64,000 bases of DNA, taken from the IMG/VR virus record IMGVR_UViG_3300044612_002375; one strand, given 5' to 3'. This DNA comes from an uncultured virus (IMG/VR IMGVR_UViG_3300044612_002375) (taxonomy: Duplodnaviria; Heunggongvirae; Uroviricota; Caudoviricetes). A program made the translations under genes and the position numbers. Below the pieces are notes generated by a model. That model made no database searches. It was given only the letters and a program-made list of their open reading frames with translations, and was not told where the DNA came from. Below, piece by piece: positions 9,166-20,022 of the stretch. Position 1 is the first letter of the stretch. Each line of letters opens with the position of its first letter.

Positions 9166-9837
9166 TTAACCCCGCTTGATGGCGATGTAGTAAGAAAGAT
9201 CCAAACTCTTGTGCGTAAACTTAGAAATAATAGTGTCAGTCAATTCAACACTATATGAACCGGGAATGAACTTCATTTCGGAAACATTGATTGTGCCCTC
9301 AAAGTCCTTACCAGTATAGTTTTCATCAATAACAATTTCAAAACTATTGCTTGTGCTCTGGCCTGAGTCATCAACACTAATGATAAACTTACCATCTGCA
9401 CCAACCATACGAAGATCACTTACCTGAAGCACACTAGAAGCCTTAAGAATCTCATTGAGATCCTTTTCATCCAGATCAAACCTAGTAACAGTAGCAGGCA
9501 TCTTGATCTCTCGGGTAGGAACCGTGAGAAGACTTGGTTCAGAATAGTAATAGGTAACGCTAGACCGACCATTGGTAATCACGACATGTGTATCATGAAA
9601 CTCAAGATCGGGATTATTAAACATGCTAATAATACCAAGAAACTTATTGAGATCCCAGATGGGAACATCAACATCAAAGTCCTCGGTTACCTTTGCCTCA
9701 ACATAAATGTTCTTACCAGCCGAAACGGTCTTTAGAAGATTTCCGGGCTGAATAAGAATATTAGAGTTGATGGCTGCAAAATTCTTTAGAATGTTATAGG
9801 TTTCTTTGCTCAAACGCATTTTGGTCACAGTACTCAT
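9166..9837 (-). CDS. gp45: Sliding clamp (T4 gp45)
   Basis: MRLSKET..ILKNFAAINSNI..IWDLNKFL..YYIA; synteny. Confidence 0.94.
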   Translation of the reverse strand: MSTVTKMRLSKETYNILKNFAAINSNILIQPGNLLKTVSAGKNIYVEAKVTEDFDVDVPIWDLNKFLGIISMFNNPDLEFHDTHVVITNGRSSVTYYYSEPSLLTVPTREIKMPATVTRFDLDEKDLNEILKASSVLQVSDLRMVGADGKFIISVDDSGQSTSNSFEIVIDENYTGKDFEGTINVSEMKFIPGSYSVELTDTIISKFTHKSLDLSYYIAIKRG

Positions 9838-9854
9838 ATAAATCTTTCTGTAAA

Positions 9855-10007
9855 TTAATCAAAGTCTTTACGATAAACGCTATCGTTAAGTTGCTGCTTT
9901 TGCTCGTGTCTGTTGCCGCGAACATTTCTCTTCTGTTGCTTCTTGCTTAGGCCAGTAGGCTTGTTCTTGCGGCGATTCTTAAACTTTTCAAAACTCTCTT
10001 CATTCAT
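9855..10007 (-). CDS. Small basic hypothetical protein (50 aa; start re-called at 10007)
   Basis: MNEESFEKFKNRRKNKPTG...; ATG 6 nt after TATAAT; longer ORF-track version overlaps gp46. Confidence 0.6.
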   Translation of the reverse strand: MNEESFEKFKNRRKNKPTGLSKKQQKRNVRGNRHEQKQQLNDSVYRKDFD

Positions 10008-10013
10008 AGTTCT

Positions 10014-10041
10014 ATTATAACTCCAAAATAGGATAATACAA
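10014..10041 (-). promoter_or_regulatory. Sigma70-like promoter TTGTAT-N16-TATAAT (late TATAAATA just upstream at 10045-10052)
   Basis: Read directly; points into small ORF/gp45 operon. Confidence 0.6.
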
Positions 10042-10047
10042 ATATAT

Positions 10048-11769
10048 TTATACCTGAACCTTGATTTTTGAAAAATTATTCTTTTTTTCAAATTGCAAAG
10101 TTTGGTCAAATTTATCAACCAGTGCATCGGCCTTGTGGCTAATGATGTAAATTGAACATTTGTTCTTCATCTTATTCAATACTTTCATAAATGCTTCCGT
10201 ACCTGCTGCATCCAAGGATGAATCTAGAATTTCGTCAAAGATCAACAAATTGCAGTTGAGGCTGTTTTTCATCTTGGCAACTTCACGCCAAGTCAGCAGG
10301 ATCGCCAAGTCGATGCGTTGTTTTTCTCCCTCAGAGAAAGAGGAATATGAGAATGCATCTCTATATCGTGATTTGATGGTTTCCTTGAACTCCTCATCGA
10401 TTGTGAAGTCAACATAGAGATTAAGTTTTCCGAGGAACTTGTTGACGAGTCCATTGATGATGGGAACATAATGTTTGATAATGCGGCTCTTAAGCCCCCC
10501 ATCCTTGAGGATATCATAAACAACATCATAGTGAATTTGTTGAGAGATAAAAGATTCAAGTTTTTTGGCGATATCATTTTTTTTATTTTCCGATTCATTC
10601 AGGCTATTTTCCAGTATAGAAATATTGCTTGAGGCTTCTTTGTCTTTCTTATCTTTTTCAATTACTTTGATGTTTGACTCCGCATTTCCAATTCGGTAGT
10701 TTAGGCTGTTGATCTCTTGCACTTTTGCTCTGGATAAAATGGTGAGTTTTTCATATTCTTTCTTAAATGTCTCTAATTCAACATTTTTCTTTTCCGCAAA
10801 TTTGAGTGCCTCAGAACAATCTTTGGCTTTTTTGCGCTTTTCTTCCAGATGCTTTTCTTTTTGATATTTGGGAAGAACTTGTAAGCAACACTTGCAGGTT
10901 GCGTTTTCTTCTAGTGCCTTAATGTCATCTAACAGGGTGACGTGAAGCGTTTCTGTCTTTACTAACATAGATGGAACATCTTTGAGTGATTCAATCTTTT
11001 TATTAATCTTTGTTATTTGTTCTCCAAGCTTTTTATGATTATCAAGTTCAGTCTTAACTAGGATTCTATCTTTATCTATTTGATCTTGATATTCTTTAAT
11101 ACGATTAATAAGAACATTGATATCATCTGCATTGCTGGTTTTTACTTGATCAATAAATTCTTTTTGAGATTTTATCTTTTCTTGAGCAATCTTGACCAAA
11201 CTTTCATGCTCTCCAATAGACACCTTTAATGAACTTAGTTGGCCCTTTACGTGCTGGTTCATATCTGCCAAGATATCAAGATCCAAAAGACCTTCAATAA
11301 TCTTGCGGCGTTCAGAAGGAGTCAACTGCATGAATGGTATGAAGTTTGACTTACCAAGAATAACAACCTGTTTAAAGGCTGCATAGTCAAAGCCGAGAAT
11401 ATGTTCTTCGAACATTTCTTGGTAATCTTTTGACTTGGCATTCTGGTCAATCATATCCTCATCTTTGATAATTTCAAAGATCTTTGGAGACAGACCACGG
11501 CGAACCAAATAATGAGATCCTGCCTTGTTGAACTCTATCTCAACTAGGCAATTCTTGCCATTAACGGTGTTTACAAGCTGTGGTATATTAATGGGCCGGA
11601 AGGGCTTTCCAAACAATCCAAAGCACAGGGAGTCCAATAGCGCAAAAGACTTGCCATGTCCGTTGGTACCCGTGACTAGCGTAGTCTTATGGTTATCTAG
11701 TTTAATCTCTGAAAAATTTGTGCCAAACGATCCAAAATTTTTAAACCGAACTTTTAAAAATTCAATCAC
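10048..11769 (-). CDS. gp46: Recombination endonuclease ATPase subunit (T4 gp46, Rad50/SbcC-like)
   Basis: FKNFGSFG, GTNGHGKS Walker A, CKCC zinc hook, FSEGEKQRIDLA, LIFDE, ISH. Confidence 0.96.
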   Translation of the reverse strand: MIEFLKVRFKNFGSFGTNFSEIKLDNHKTTLVTGTNGHGKSFALLDSLCFGLFGKPFRPINIPQLVNTVNGKNCLVEIEFNKAGSHYLVRRGLSPKIFEIIKDEDMIDQNAKSKDYQEMFEEHILGFDYAAFKQVVILGKSNFIPFMQLTPSERRKIIEGLLDLDILADMNQHVKGQLSSLKVSIGEHESLVKIAQEKIKSQKEFIDQVKTSNADDINVLINRIKEYQDQIDKDRILVKTELDNHKKLGEQITKINKKIESLKDVPSMLVKTETLHVTLLDDIKALEENATCKCCLQVLPKYQKEKHLEEKRKKAKDCSEALKFAEKKNVELETFKKEYEKLTILSRAKVQEINSLNYRIGNAESNIKVIEKDKKDKEASSNISILENSLNESENKKNDIAKKLESFISQQIHYDVVYDILKDGGLKSRIIKHYVPIINGLVNKFLGKLNLYVDFTIDEEFKETIKSRYRDAFSYSSFSEGEKQRIDLAILLTWREVAKMKNSLNCNLLIFDEILDSSLDAAGTEAFMKVLNKMKNKCSIYIISHKADALVDKFDQTLQFEKKNNFSKIKVQV

Positions 11770-12812
11770 TCTTCATCCTTTGATAGTGCACTATTATACG
11801 CTTCATCTATGATCCTTGCAAGAAACTTCTTGTCAATAGACTTTTCCTGAATAGTCTCAAGTTCTTCGTGAAGAAGTTGGAGAGTATCTTTATGGACATC
11901 TACCGCCACTAGTTCAGGGTTTGCAGATACCTCTTCGGTCACTGCCAGTTCTGCCACGCCTGCTTCATAGAACTTATCCATGTATTTTTCAAAACTCGCA
12001 GCCTTAGTGCGCTTTTTGATAAAAATCTTGACATAGCAGTCCTTGAATTTTGAATAGTCAAGTTTTTCTGGTTCGTCTTCATTATAATCAAGCGTATAGA
12101 ATAGCTTTTTGTTATTTTCGACAAATACCAGTTCTCTAGCCAAAAAGTCAAATACGTGGAATCCTTTTGGTTCCCAAACATCTGAGAAAGCCATTTGGTA
12201 TTGCGTACCCAGATAATAAATATTGTCACGAGTGGACTTAATATGATAATGCCCAGTAAGAACGTATTCAAACTTGTCGAAGTGTTTGGGGTCATATCCT
12301 TGCTCTATAAAGATACCACGAATACTCTGAAAGCCAAATAATTCCAGATGTCCCATAAGAAGGGAGCATGTGGTATTGGTAATAAATTTTGCTGCCTGTC
12401 CTTCGTTTTCTGGATTGATCCAAGGCAAAAGAGCCACACAACCCGCAGAGGTTTGAATCTCGGTAGGTTCAGAATAGATTTCCCAGTTTTGGTATGGTGC
12501 AACTAACTCATGTAATGAGTTTACATTATTATTATTACGGTAATATGTATCATGGTTACCACAAATAGCAATGCACTTGACTCCCATATCTCTAAGGGGT
12601 TCAAAGAAACGGGTTCTTACTTGGTGAAGCGTTTTGAAATTTATATACTTTCTACGATCAAAAACATCTCCCAGATGGAAGATGGTCTTGATGTTGTTTT
12701 CCTTGAGATAAGGAAACAACTGTTCTTCAAAGAACGATAGAAAGTATTCAAGTACGATAGGTGAGTCTGCTTTATAGCCGAAGTGAGTATCGTTAAGAAT
12801 TACTGCTTTCAT
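11766..12812 (-). CDS. gp47: Recombination endonuclease nuclease subunit (T4 gp47, Mre11/SbcD-like); start re-called at 12812
   Basis: [26 protein letters not shown] phosphoesterase motifs. Confidence 0.95.
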   Translation of the reverse strand: MKAVILNDTHFGYKADSPIVLEYFLSFFEEQLFPYLKENNIKTIFHLGDVFDRRKYINFKTLHQVRTRFFEPLRDMGVKCIAICGNHDTYYRNNNNVNSLHELVAPYQNWEIYSEPTEIQTSAGCVALLPWINPENEGQAAKFITNTTCSLLMGHLELFGFQSIRGIFIEQGYDPKHFDKFEYVLTGHYHIKSTRDNIYYLGTQYQMAFSDVWEPKGFHVFDFLARELVFVENNKKLFYTLDYNEDEPEKLDYSKFKDCYVKIFIKKRTKAASFEKYMDKFYEAGVAELAVTEEVSANPELVAVDVHKDTLQLLHEELETIQEKSIDKKFLARIIDEAYNSALSKDEE

Positions 12813-13833
12813 ATATTCCTGTTTGTTGTAGAACAAATTCTTTTTTTGCAAGTTTCATATCTTCTTCAATCATCATTTCTGCTAATTGAAATACAGATAT
12901 CTTTGGTTGCCAATTTAATTTTTGTCTTGCTTTTGAAGCATCTCCCAAAAGTTCATCCACCTCAGTTGGACGGAAATACTTTGGGTCCACATTGACATAT
13001 TTTTTATAATCTAATCCAACCAATCCAAATGAATAGTCACAAAAATCTCTAACTGAAATCATTTTTCCAGTTGCAATTACATAATCATCTGGAGTATCTT
13101 GCTGCAGCATTAACCACATAGCCTCAACATAATCCCCAGCATAGCCCCAATCTCGTAGTGAGTCTAAATTTCCAAGAGTTAAAGTTGATTGAAGACCACA
13201 AGCAATTCTAGTAACTGCTCTTGTAATTTTACGAGTTACAAAGGTTTCACCACGGCGGGGACTTTCATGATTAAAAAGAATGCCGCAGGAAGCATGCATA
13301 TCATAACTTTCTCTATAATTTCTAGTCAAGTAATGTCCGTATACTTTGGCACATCCATATGGAGAACGTGGATAGAATGGGGTAGTTTCTTTTTGGGGAA
13401 CTTCCATAACTTTTCCAAACATTTCACTACTTGATGCTTGATAATACTTTATTTTGTTTCCAGTTATATCTTGGTATTGTCTAATGGCTTCCAATACATT
13501 CAATGTACCAACAGCATCGGTATTAGTTGTAAAAATTGGCATATCAAATGACAATTGAACGTGACTCTGTGCGCCCAAATTATACACTTCAGTTGGATTA
13601 TGCTTTATTAAAATATTTGATATACTAGTATAATCTGTCAAATCCCCATAATGCAAAAATAACTGTTTATTATGTATTTTTGCATCATTGATTAGATGGT
13701 CTATTCTGTCCGTATTAATTGAAGATGACCTACGAATCAAACCATGTACTTCATATCCTTTTGAAATCAATAAGTCAGCAAGATAGCTGCCATCTTGACC
13801 AGAAATTCCTGTAATGAGTGCTACTTTTTTCAT
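12793..13833 (-). CDS. gmd: GDP-mannose 4,6-dehydratase
   Basis: [54 protein letters not shown]. Confidence 0.96.
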   Translation of the reverse strand: MKKVALITGISGQDGSYLADLLISKGYEVHGLIRRSSSINTDRIDHLINDAKIHNKQLFLHYGDLTDYTSISNILIKHNPTEVYNLGAQSHVQLSFDMPIFTTNTDAVGTLNVLEAIRQYQDITGNKIKYYQASSSEMFGKVMEVPQKETTPFYPRSPYGCAKVYGHYLTRNYRESYDMHASCGILFNHESPRRGETFVTRKITRAVTRIACGLQSTLTLGNLDSLRDWGYAGDYVEAMWLMLQQDTPDDYVIATGKMISVRDFCDYSFGLVGLDYKKYVNVDPKYFRPTEVDELLGDASKARQKLNWQPKISVFQLAEMMIEEDMKLAKKEFVLQQTGIYESSNS

Positions 13834-14393
13834 ATATCCAATGAATCCTTTTTGACTTTCTTTTTTCTTTTTGTCTTCTTTGGAGTCAACATTTCATCAA
13901 ATCGTTCCATATCAAGGTCAGTCAAGCCAAAGAAATCTCTTCTACCAATATCGATTCCTGCATAGGTTTCATTGAACCAGTTATGGAAATCTTTATCATT
14001 CTGCTGTTCTGCAAATTTATACTGAGTATACTTCTCTCGTTTTTCTTTGTTTATTATACGAACAAAAGAAAACCAGCAAATCTGTGTCAAGTACCCGAAT
14101 GGGCTTGTAGACTTGCTGGGATCAAAGTTGTCAATATATGTGACACAGTTTAAGACTGCATCTGATACCATCTCTTCTCTGTATGGATAATTTGCAAAAT
14201 TAGGACGATAAGAAAGGCGAGATGCAATTTTAAGAATGCATTCGCCTATAAAATCTGGTAACTTTGGTTTTTTACGTCCAGCATTGTCTGCATCGGCAGA
14301 CTTCTTACGATATTCTACTAAAGCATCATATAACTCTTGATTACTCACGTAATCGGCATCTGATGCTTTCTTTTTCTTTTTAGGTTGTTTCAC
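13830..14393 (-). CDS. gp55: Late-transcription sigma factor (T4 gp55)
   Basis: [50 protein letters not shown]. Confidence 0.95.
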   Translation of the reverse strand: MKQPKKKKKASDADYVSNQELYDALVEYRKKSADADNAGRKKPKLPDFIGECILKIASRLSYRPNFANYPYREEMVSDAVLNCVTYIDNFDPSKSTSPFGYLTQICWFSFVRIINKEKREKYTQYKFAEQQNDKDFHNWFNETYAGIDIGRRDFFGLTDLDMERFDEMLTPKKTKRKKKVKKDSLDI

Positions 14394-14399
14394 AAATAT

Positions 14400-14427
14400 A
14401 ATATATACTCAAACAAATAAAAATCAA
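14400..14427 (-). promoter_or_regulatory. Sigma70-like promoter TTGATT-N16-TATATT, 6 nt before the gp55 GTG
   Basis: Read directly; no room for an SD. Confidence 0.6.
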
Positions 14428-14663
14428 TAATTAATTTTTATTTTAATTGTCCCACCATTCGAATGTATTAAATCTGCATTATTAAAATTTTGATACATAT
14501 TTAATGATTTTAAATATCGTTGTATAAACAAATTACCAGCAATAAATGGTCTATTTTCAATATCAATAAATGTCATTTTAGATATTATTTTTTTATTTTT
14601 ATAAAAATCTTCACCGTTACCATCACACATTATTAAAGTTGTATTGTTAAAATTAAGAGTCAT
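14424..14663 (-). CDS. Hypothetical protein
   Basis: 79-aa ORF overlapping the upstream GT2 gene, closing the sugar island. Confidence 0.5.
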   Translation of the reverse strand: MTLNFNNTTLIMCDGNGEDFYKNKKIISKMTFIDIENRPFIAGNLFIQRYLKSLNMYQNFNNADLIHSNGGTIKIKINY

Positions 14664-15390
14664 TTAAAATAAATGTAGAAGATCTATTACCCATTTGATC
14701 TGCAAATGCGGCTTTATATTGGGTATATACATATGAAGGCCAGCATGGGCCAGAAACTCTATATATTTGGCCCAAAATAGACGAGTCTAAATTCATTGTT
14801 TGTGGATATGGGTATCTTACCAAGTTATTTTTAAATAAACTATTTTTATAAATTACCTGGGATCCATCGACTCTGTTTTGTGGATTAATTGGTTCAAAAT
14901 AATTATTTAAATCATAAAAAGATTTATAATTATTTTGTTGTACTTCGGTTCTTGAATTTGAATTTAAATAAAATTCTTTTGATGGGTCATAAAAATAAAC
15001 TCTATTGTAAAACCATTCTAAAGATTTATTCTGTTTTATAAAAAAATCTAATTGCAAAAACGAGTCTTTGACCAAAGCATCATCATCACATAATATTGTT
15101 GTAAAATCTGCCTCAGAGTTTTTTATTGCCTCGTTTATATAATGACCATGCGATGATCCACCTTTTTTAATTTTTGTCTCATCTGACTCGTAAATAGCGC
15201 TATATTTTACTTTTTTATTGTCAAAACCATAAGAAAATAAAATATCTTTAAAAGAATCATCTCCTGAATCATCTATAAAATGCAATTCCCAGTTGTCATA
15301 GTTTAAATTTTTAATACTGTGTAGCGCATTTAAAACAATTTTTGGTCTTTTATAGTAAGCCAAAACAATTAAAAATTTTGTATTGCTCAT
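14653..15390 (-). CDS. Glycosyltransferase family 2
   Basis: YKRP..ALHSI..NWELHFIDDSGD..INEAI..LCDDD. Confidence 0.8.
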   Translation of the reverse strand: MSNTKFLIVLAYYKRPKIVLNALHSIKNLNYDNWELHFIDDSGDDSFKDILFSYGFDNKKVKYSAIYESDETKIKKGGSSHGHYINEAIKNSEADFTTILCDDDALVKDSFLQLDFFIKQNKSLEWFYNRVYFYDPSKEFYLNSNSRTEVQQNNYKSFYDLNNYFEPINPQNRVDGSQVIYKNSLFKNNLVRYPYPQTMNLDSSILGQIYRVSGPCWPSYVYTQYKAAFADQMGNRSSTFILNDS

Positions 15391-16022
15391 AAACCACCTG
15401 ATACTTTTATTATACTACCATTGATGTAAGGCGTTTCAATAATTAAATTAATTATTTTTCCTAAATCTTCACAGTCACCAAAACATTTATTTGGTATTGT
15501 ATTTTTAACATTTTCTAAAATTTTTTCTGGAACTTTATATGTTAGACCCCCATCAAAATATCCAAGTTGAATCGTGTTTGCTGTGACATTATATTTTGCA
15601 TTTTCCATTGCAAAAATTTTTGTCGCCGTTTCACAAAAAGATTTACAAGAGGTATAGACACACGTACCTTTTATTGGATTTGAAGTCAAAATAGAAGACA
15701 TGTATATTACTCTTCCACCTGTATTTTTCCAATTACTTGCACAAGATTTTAAAACATTTAAATATCCTTTAATGTTTACATTTAAAGAATGTTCCAATTC
15801 TTCATCGTTTATATTTGTTATTAAATTATCATAATTTACTACAGAAAAATATAAAACAATATTTGAATTTTTAATATGTTTATCAACTTCTGAATAATTT
15901 CTTACATCACAATCCTTTGAAGATAGTGGACTTATTGTATTGGATTTTATATAAGGTATTGTTTTTGATGCAAGACCACTTGAGCCACCAAATATTACAA
16001 TATTATTATTTTTCAAGTTCAT
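15387..16022 (-). CDS. Short-chain dehydrogenase/reductase (FabG-like); start re-called at 16022
   Basis: IFGGSSGLA Rossmann motif, YTSCK (YxxxK), NVTANTIQLG, YING..I.V.GG. Confidence 0.8.
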   Translation of the reverse strand: MNLKNNNIVIFGGSSGLASKTIPYIKSNTISPLSSKDCDVRNYSEVDKHIKNSNIVLYFSVVNYDNLITNINDEELEHSLNVNIKGYLNVLKSCASNWKNTGGRVIYMSSILTSNPIKGTCVYTSCKSFCETATKIFAMENAKYNVTANTIQLGYFDGGLTYKVPEKILENVKNTIPNKCFGDCEDLGKIINLIIETPYINGSIIKVSGGL

Positions 16023-16881
16023 AAAAATTTTTCGAAGATAGATCTTTTTCTGCAAATTTTCCATACCAAGCTTCGGAGAACATTGGACTAAAATATTTGT
16101 CGCATCCCTCAAAATAATAGTGAGTTACCTGACTATATCTCGATCTATTTGGATCTCTTATAACATCACCACCGTGGATCAAGTTTGCTGCCCAAACCAA
16201 AACTTGGCCTTTTTTGCAAACAAATGTTTTTTGCTCCATTTTTTTAGTTTCAACCAATTGTCTTACAAATTCTTCATACTCAGCGTAGCTGTCAAATTGT
16301 TTTCCATATTCTGGAGCTTTTATTTTTAAATCATAAAAATCAAATATTGGCAATTTATGACTCTTAGGAACAAAAATTAGAGACCCATTGTTTTCATCCA
16401 TGTCTTCCAAAGCAACCCAAGCAGCAGCCAACCATCTATGTGGCATGGAGTGAAAATGTAAAACATCACTATGAAGTGGCTGGTTGCTTCCATAATTAAA
16501 TGTTATTGTTTGGAAAGGAAGTGGTTTTTTTTGATAAAGAGTTGTTAAAAAATTAAGTATTTTTTTATTTAAAGACAGCGATCTTAATAATTTACTTTGT
16601 TTCCAGCCTTCAAATATTCTTTTTCCCTTCGAATAATGATAACCAGATTCTTGTGTCTTAGTTTCATCTTTATTGTTTATTTCATCAATTTCATTTTTAA
16701 ATTGTTCTAATTCTTCATCGGATAAATTTAAATCTAAAACCACATACCCATCTTCGTGAAATTGAACAGCCAAATCTTGTTCTTCTTTTGATAAATTTTG
16801 TGTTTTTAATAGGTCATAAAAAAACGGCGATTCACACCAAGGCCAATTTGTTGATTCAATTTGCGTTTGATACTTTTTCAT
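16006..16881 (-). CDS. Phytanoyl-CoA dioxygenase (PhyH)-family Fe(II)/2-oxoglutarate dioxygenase
   Basis: FHEDGYVV, PLHSD, WVALEDMDENNGSL..VPKSH, LIHGG. Confidence 0.88.
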   Translation of the reverse strand: MKKYQTQIESTNWPWCESPFFYDLLKTQNLSKEEQDLAVQFHEDGYVVLDLNLSDEELEQFKNEIDEINNKDETKTQESGYHYSKGKRIFEGWKQSKLLRSLSLNKKILNFLTTLYQKKPLPFQTITFNYGSNQPLHSDVLHFHSMPHRWLAAAWVALEDMDENNGSLIFVPKSHKLPIFDFYDLKIKAPEYGKQFDSYAEYEEFVRQLVETKKMEQKTFVCKKGQVLVWAANLIHGGDVIRDPNRSRYSQVTHYYFEGCDKYFSPMFSEAWYGKFAEKDLSSKNFYELEK

Positions 16882-17448
16882 TTATTTTTTCCTCAAAAAT
16901 GCTGGATCTACTGATTTATTTAGAACAGTGTTACGATTTCTTTCTTTGTGTTTTTTTAAAGGATTTCCTAACCATATACTCCATGGTGATAAATTGTTTT
17001 TGGTGTAAACAAAGCTTTTTGCTCCTATCAAACAACCTTCTGGTATTTTTACATCCGGCATTACAATTACGTCTGATGCAACTCCAGAAAAATCATTAAA
17101 AACAATGTCTCCTCTAAAAATTTTATTTTGTCCCCAATAATCATTAACGGGCCCATAGTCACCGCTATAATCTTCAGATGCACAAAATAACTTGGAGCCA
17201 TAACCAACAAAACACCAACTTCCGAGAGTTATTGTATGTTCTTTCCCCCCACTCAAAACGGAGTGGGAACATATTTGAATATTATTTCCAGTTTTTAATC
17301 CTGTAGTTATCCAAGTAAAAGGATCTATTCTAACATTATCCCCCAGATAAACTAGTTTAGGGTTTGCAAATAAAACGTTTTGTCCTATAAAAACATTTTG
17401 ACCACAATAACCTAAATGTTTTTTTATTTCTTCATTCCATCCCAGCAT
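16882..17448 (-). CDS. Hexapeptide-repeat sugar acyltransferase; start re-called at 17448
   Basis: CGQNVFIG..LGDNVRID..IPEGCLIGAKSFV..WLGNP left-handed beta-helix pattern. Confidence 0.85.
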   Translation of the reverse strand: MLGWNEEIKKHLGYCGQNVFIGQNVLFANPKLVYLGDNVRIDPFTWITTGLKTGNNIQICSHSVLSGGKEHTITLGSWCFVGYGSKLFCASEDYSGDYGPVNDYWGQNKIFRGDIVFNDFSGVASDVIVMPDVKIPEGCLIGAKSFVYTKNNLSPWSIWLGNPLKKHKERNRNTVLNKSVDPAFLRKK

Positions 17449-18124
17449 AAGTAATCTCGTATATATGGTGTTCGTGATTGTTTGCAGCAACAAATATTGA
17501 ATGTTTTTTTAAATTTAAATTATTTTGTTTACAATAGTCAATTAAATGTTTTTCTTTTATAAAACTAATTCCATAAAAATTATCCCATATATCGGGTAAA
17601 TAATCTATTAATTTGTCTTCGTCTGATATAAAACAAGAAAAAATTATGCTTGCATTTTTATTTTTTTTAAAAACATTTTTTAAATTATTTAAAATTTTAT
17701 GTATTTCATTCACAGGTAAGTGTGTAAAAACAGATATCAAAACAATTATATCAATTTTTTTATTTAAAACTTCTTTTAAATTTTCATCTATAGTACCAAA
17801 ATAAAGTCTTTCATCATTTAAATATTCTTTAGCTAAGTTTAAACGTTTATTTCCGTGACTTGAATTTGTATCTAAACCGTAATAAAAAAAATTTTTTAAT
17901 CTTTCACTAATAAAATTTCCTAAAATTCCAGCACCGCATCCGTAATCCAACACACAAATTCCGTCAATAAATTTATTTTTTATTGGTTCTAAAAAATAAC
18001 TCATACCTATAGAAGCCAGCGGTTCTTCATTTGTTCCACCATATAATATTTTAGGAGGAACTTCTATTATTGGTTTTTGAGTTTTATTTTTCCAAAAATT
18101 ATTCCATATTTTATCTTGAATCAT
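17432..18124 (-). CDS. Class I SAM-dependent methyltransferase
   Basis: VLDYGCGAG motif I; ISVFTHL. Confidence 0.85.
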   Translation of the reverse strand: MIQDKIWNNFWKNKTQKPIIEVPPKILYGGTNEEPLASIGMSYFLEPIKNKFIDGICVLDYGCGAGILGNFISERLKNFFYYGLDTNSSHGNKRLNLAKEYLNDERLYFGTIDENLKEVLNKKIDIIVLISVFTHLPVNEIHKILNNLKNVFKKNKNASIIFSCFISDEDKLIDYLPDIWDNFYGISFIKEKHLIDYCKQNNLNLKKHSIFVAANNHEHHIYEITYAGME

Positions 18125-18858
18125 ATTCCAACTCTATATAAAAAAGGTTTGCTTAAATTTTCTTCTGTAACATACTGAGGTACATTTTGGCACTGATGTT
18201 TTTTATAATTTTGTGCCAAAGGAGAAAAAGACGGATGATTTACAATTTTAAATCCAGCTCTCTTTATACAATTAGTGAATTCTACTTCTGATCCTTCGTA
18301 AGCCGCATAATCTGTACTATGAAAATATCTTAACTTATTTGTGGACGGATCTTTTACAACATTTTTTAAAATATAATTTGTTGCTACACCAAACCCGCCT
18401 CCAGCGTGTGGTATTGATGAAAAAGATATTGGTGAAAAAGAAATAAATCCCAAATTATTATCAATTTTAAATAAAAAATCAACCTCTTCCATATAATTTG
18501 GATGAAAAATTGTTATATCATCTTCATTAAAAATGTAATAATTATACCTGTCTTCGGTTAAGCTATATCCACGAGAAAAAGCTCCAAATGAACCTCCGAC
18601 ATTTTCTCTGTGAGTAACGTAAATTTTTCCATTTTTTATTTTTTTATTGTTAAAAGAATTTATAAAATTTTTTGATTCTTCTCTCCCATCATCATTATTA
18701 ACAATCAAAACATCCATTTTTATTCCTGGATCTATATTTGATTCTATTTCATTTAATGAATAATTTAAATATTCTTTTGTTTGTTCGTAAGAAGAAAAAT
18801 TATTATTATTTTGTCTTCGTGGACCCAAATAAGTTGCTATAATTTTTAAACAGCTCAT
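18121..18858 (-). CDS. Putative glycosyltransferase (GT-A-like)
   Basis: LIVNND, RENVGGSFGAF, YIFNEDD; TAATG coupling to upstream gene. Confidence 0.55.
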   Translation of the reverse strand: MSCLKIIATYLGPRRQNNNNFSSYEQTKEYLNYSLNEIESNIDPGIKMDVLIVNNDDGREESKNFINSFNNKKIKNGKIYVTHRENVGGSFGAFSRGYSLTEDRYNYYIFNEDDITIFHPNYMEEVDFLFKIDNNLGFISFSPISFSSIPHAGGGFGVATNYILKNVVKDPSTNKLRYFHSTDYAAYEGSEVEFTNCIKRAGFKIVNHPSFSPLAQNYKKHQCQNVPQYVTEENLSKPFLYRVGI

Positions 18859-20021
18859 TACCAACCCTTTTTAATGCAGTCTACAATATATTCTCTCTGT
18901 TCTTGGGTTACCCACCATCCAACTGGGATAGAAATTACTTTACCTATAGTTTTATCCAATTGCGGTAAAAAACTTTTGTATTCTTTAACACAAGTGTGTT
19001 TGTCATTTCTTTCGTGTACTTGAGAAACAATTATTCCACAATTTTTCATGTGTTGTATAAATCCATCTCTATTTTCTACAAGCATGCTGTAGATCCAAAA
19101 TGCCGATTCTCTTTCTGCATGTCTTGTTAAAAGACTTACGCCGGAAATATTTTGGAGATGTTCGTCGTAAAATTTGGCATTGTTTTTATGGGCTGACAAT
19201 ATTTGATCTGCGTGTTTTAAATTTTCAATACCAACTGTAGCGCAGACATCATTCATGTGAAACTTAAATCCCCATTCTTTAATATCTGCTTCGCATCTAA
19301 AATCTTTTCTATTATCGTTTCTATCTATTCCATACCATCTAAGCAATTTAGCCCTTTCTTCGGATTGCTTTGATGGCACAACTAAAAGACCACCATCTAC
19401 CGTTGTTATATGTTTTATTGCTTGAAAACTATACATAACCATGTTTCCATGGTTTCCTAAAAATTTTCCTTCGTACTTAGAGCCAAATGCATGTGCACCA
19501 TCTTCAATTATTGCGGGTGCGTAACCGTATAATTTTTTACAATTTTCTTGTATTTTTTTTAATCTATTTAAATCATTGGGATACCCACCCCAGTGTACAA
19601 CAATAATTGCTTTTGTTTTTGGGGATATTTTTCTTTCTAAATCATCCAAATCCATGTTTAATGTACTTGGGTCAATATCAACCCATTTTAATTTAATATT
19701 ATTTGCTAAAATAGGAAAATTAGAAGCAGTACAAGTTAAAGACGTTGTTAATATTTCATCATTTTCTTGTATTCCAGGCCAATAATCGGTATCTTGAAAA
19801 ACTGCAGGATTTTTTAGCATGTGTATAGCTAAATGTAGTGCGGAAGTGCCTGTATTTGTTGTAACCACATTTGAACAATTTAAATAATTTTTTAAATTTG
19901 ATTCAAATTCTTCTACTTTTTGTCCTTGTCCGATAAATCCGCAGTTTAATACTTTTCCAACTTCTTCAGCAGCAGTTGGTGCCATAAAAACTTTAAAAAG
20001 TGGTATATTTTGTGTATCCAT
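18858..20021 (-). CDS. DegT/DnrJ/EryC1/StrS PLP-dependent sugar aminotransferase
   Basis: NTGTSALHLA, VVHWGG, IEDGAHAFG, SFQAIKHITTVDGG. Confidence 0.93.
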   Translation of the reverse strand: MDTQNIPLFKVFMAPTAAEEVGKVLNCGFIGQGQKVEEFESNLKNYLNCSNVVTTNTGTSALHLAIHMLKNPAVFQDTDYWPGIQENDEILTTSLTCTASNFPILANNIKLKWVDIDPSTLNMDLDDLERKISPKTKAIIVVHWGGYPNDLNRLKKIQENCKKLYGYAPAIIEDGAHAFGSKYEGKFLGNHGNMVMYSFQAIKHITTVDGGLLVVPSKQSEERAKLLRWYGIDRNDNRKDFRCEADIKEWGFKFHMNDVCATVGIENLKHADQILSAHKNNAKFYDEHLQNISGVSLLTRHAERESAFWIYSMLVENRDGFIQHMKNCGIIVSQVHERNDKHTCVKEYKSFLPQLDKTIGKVISIPVGWWVTQEQREYIVDCIKKGW

Positions 20022-20022
20022 A

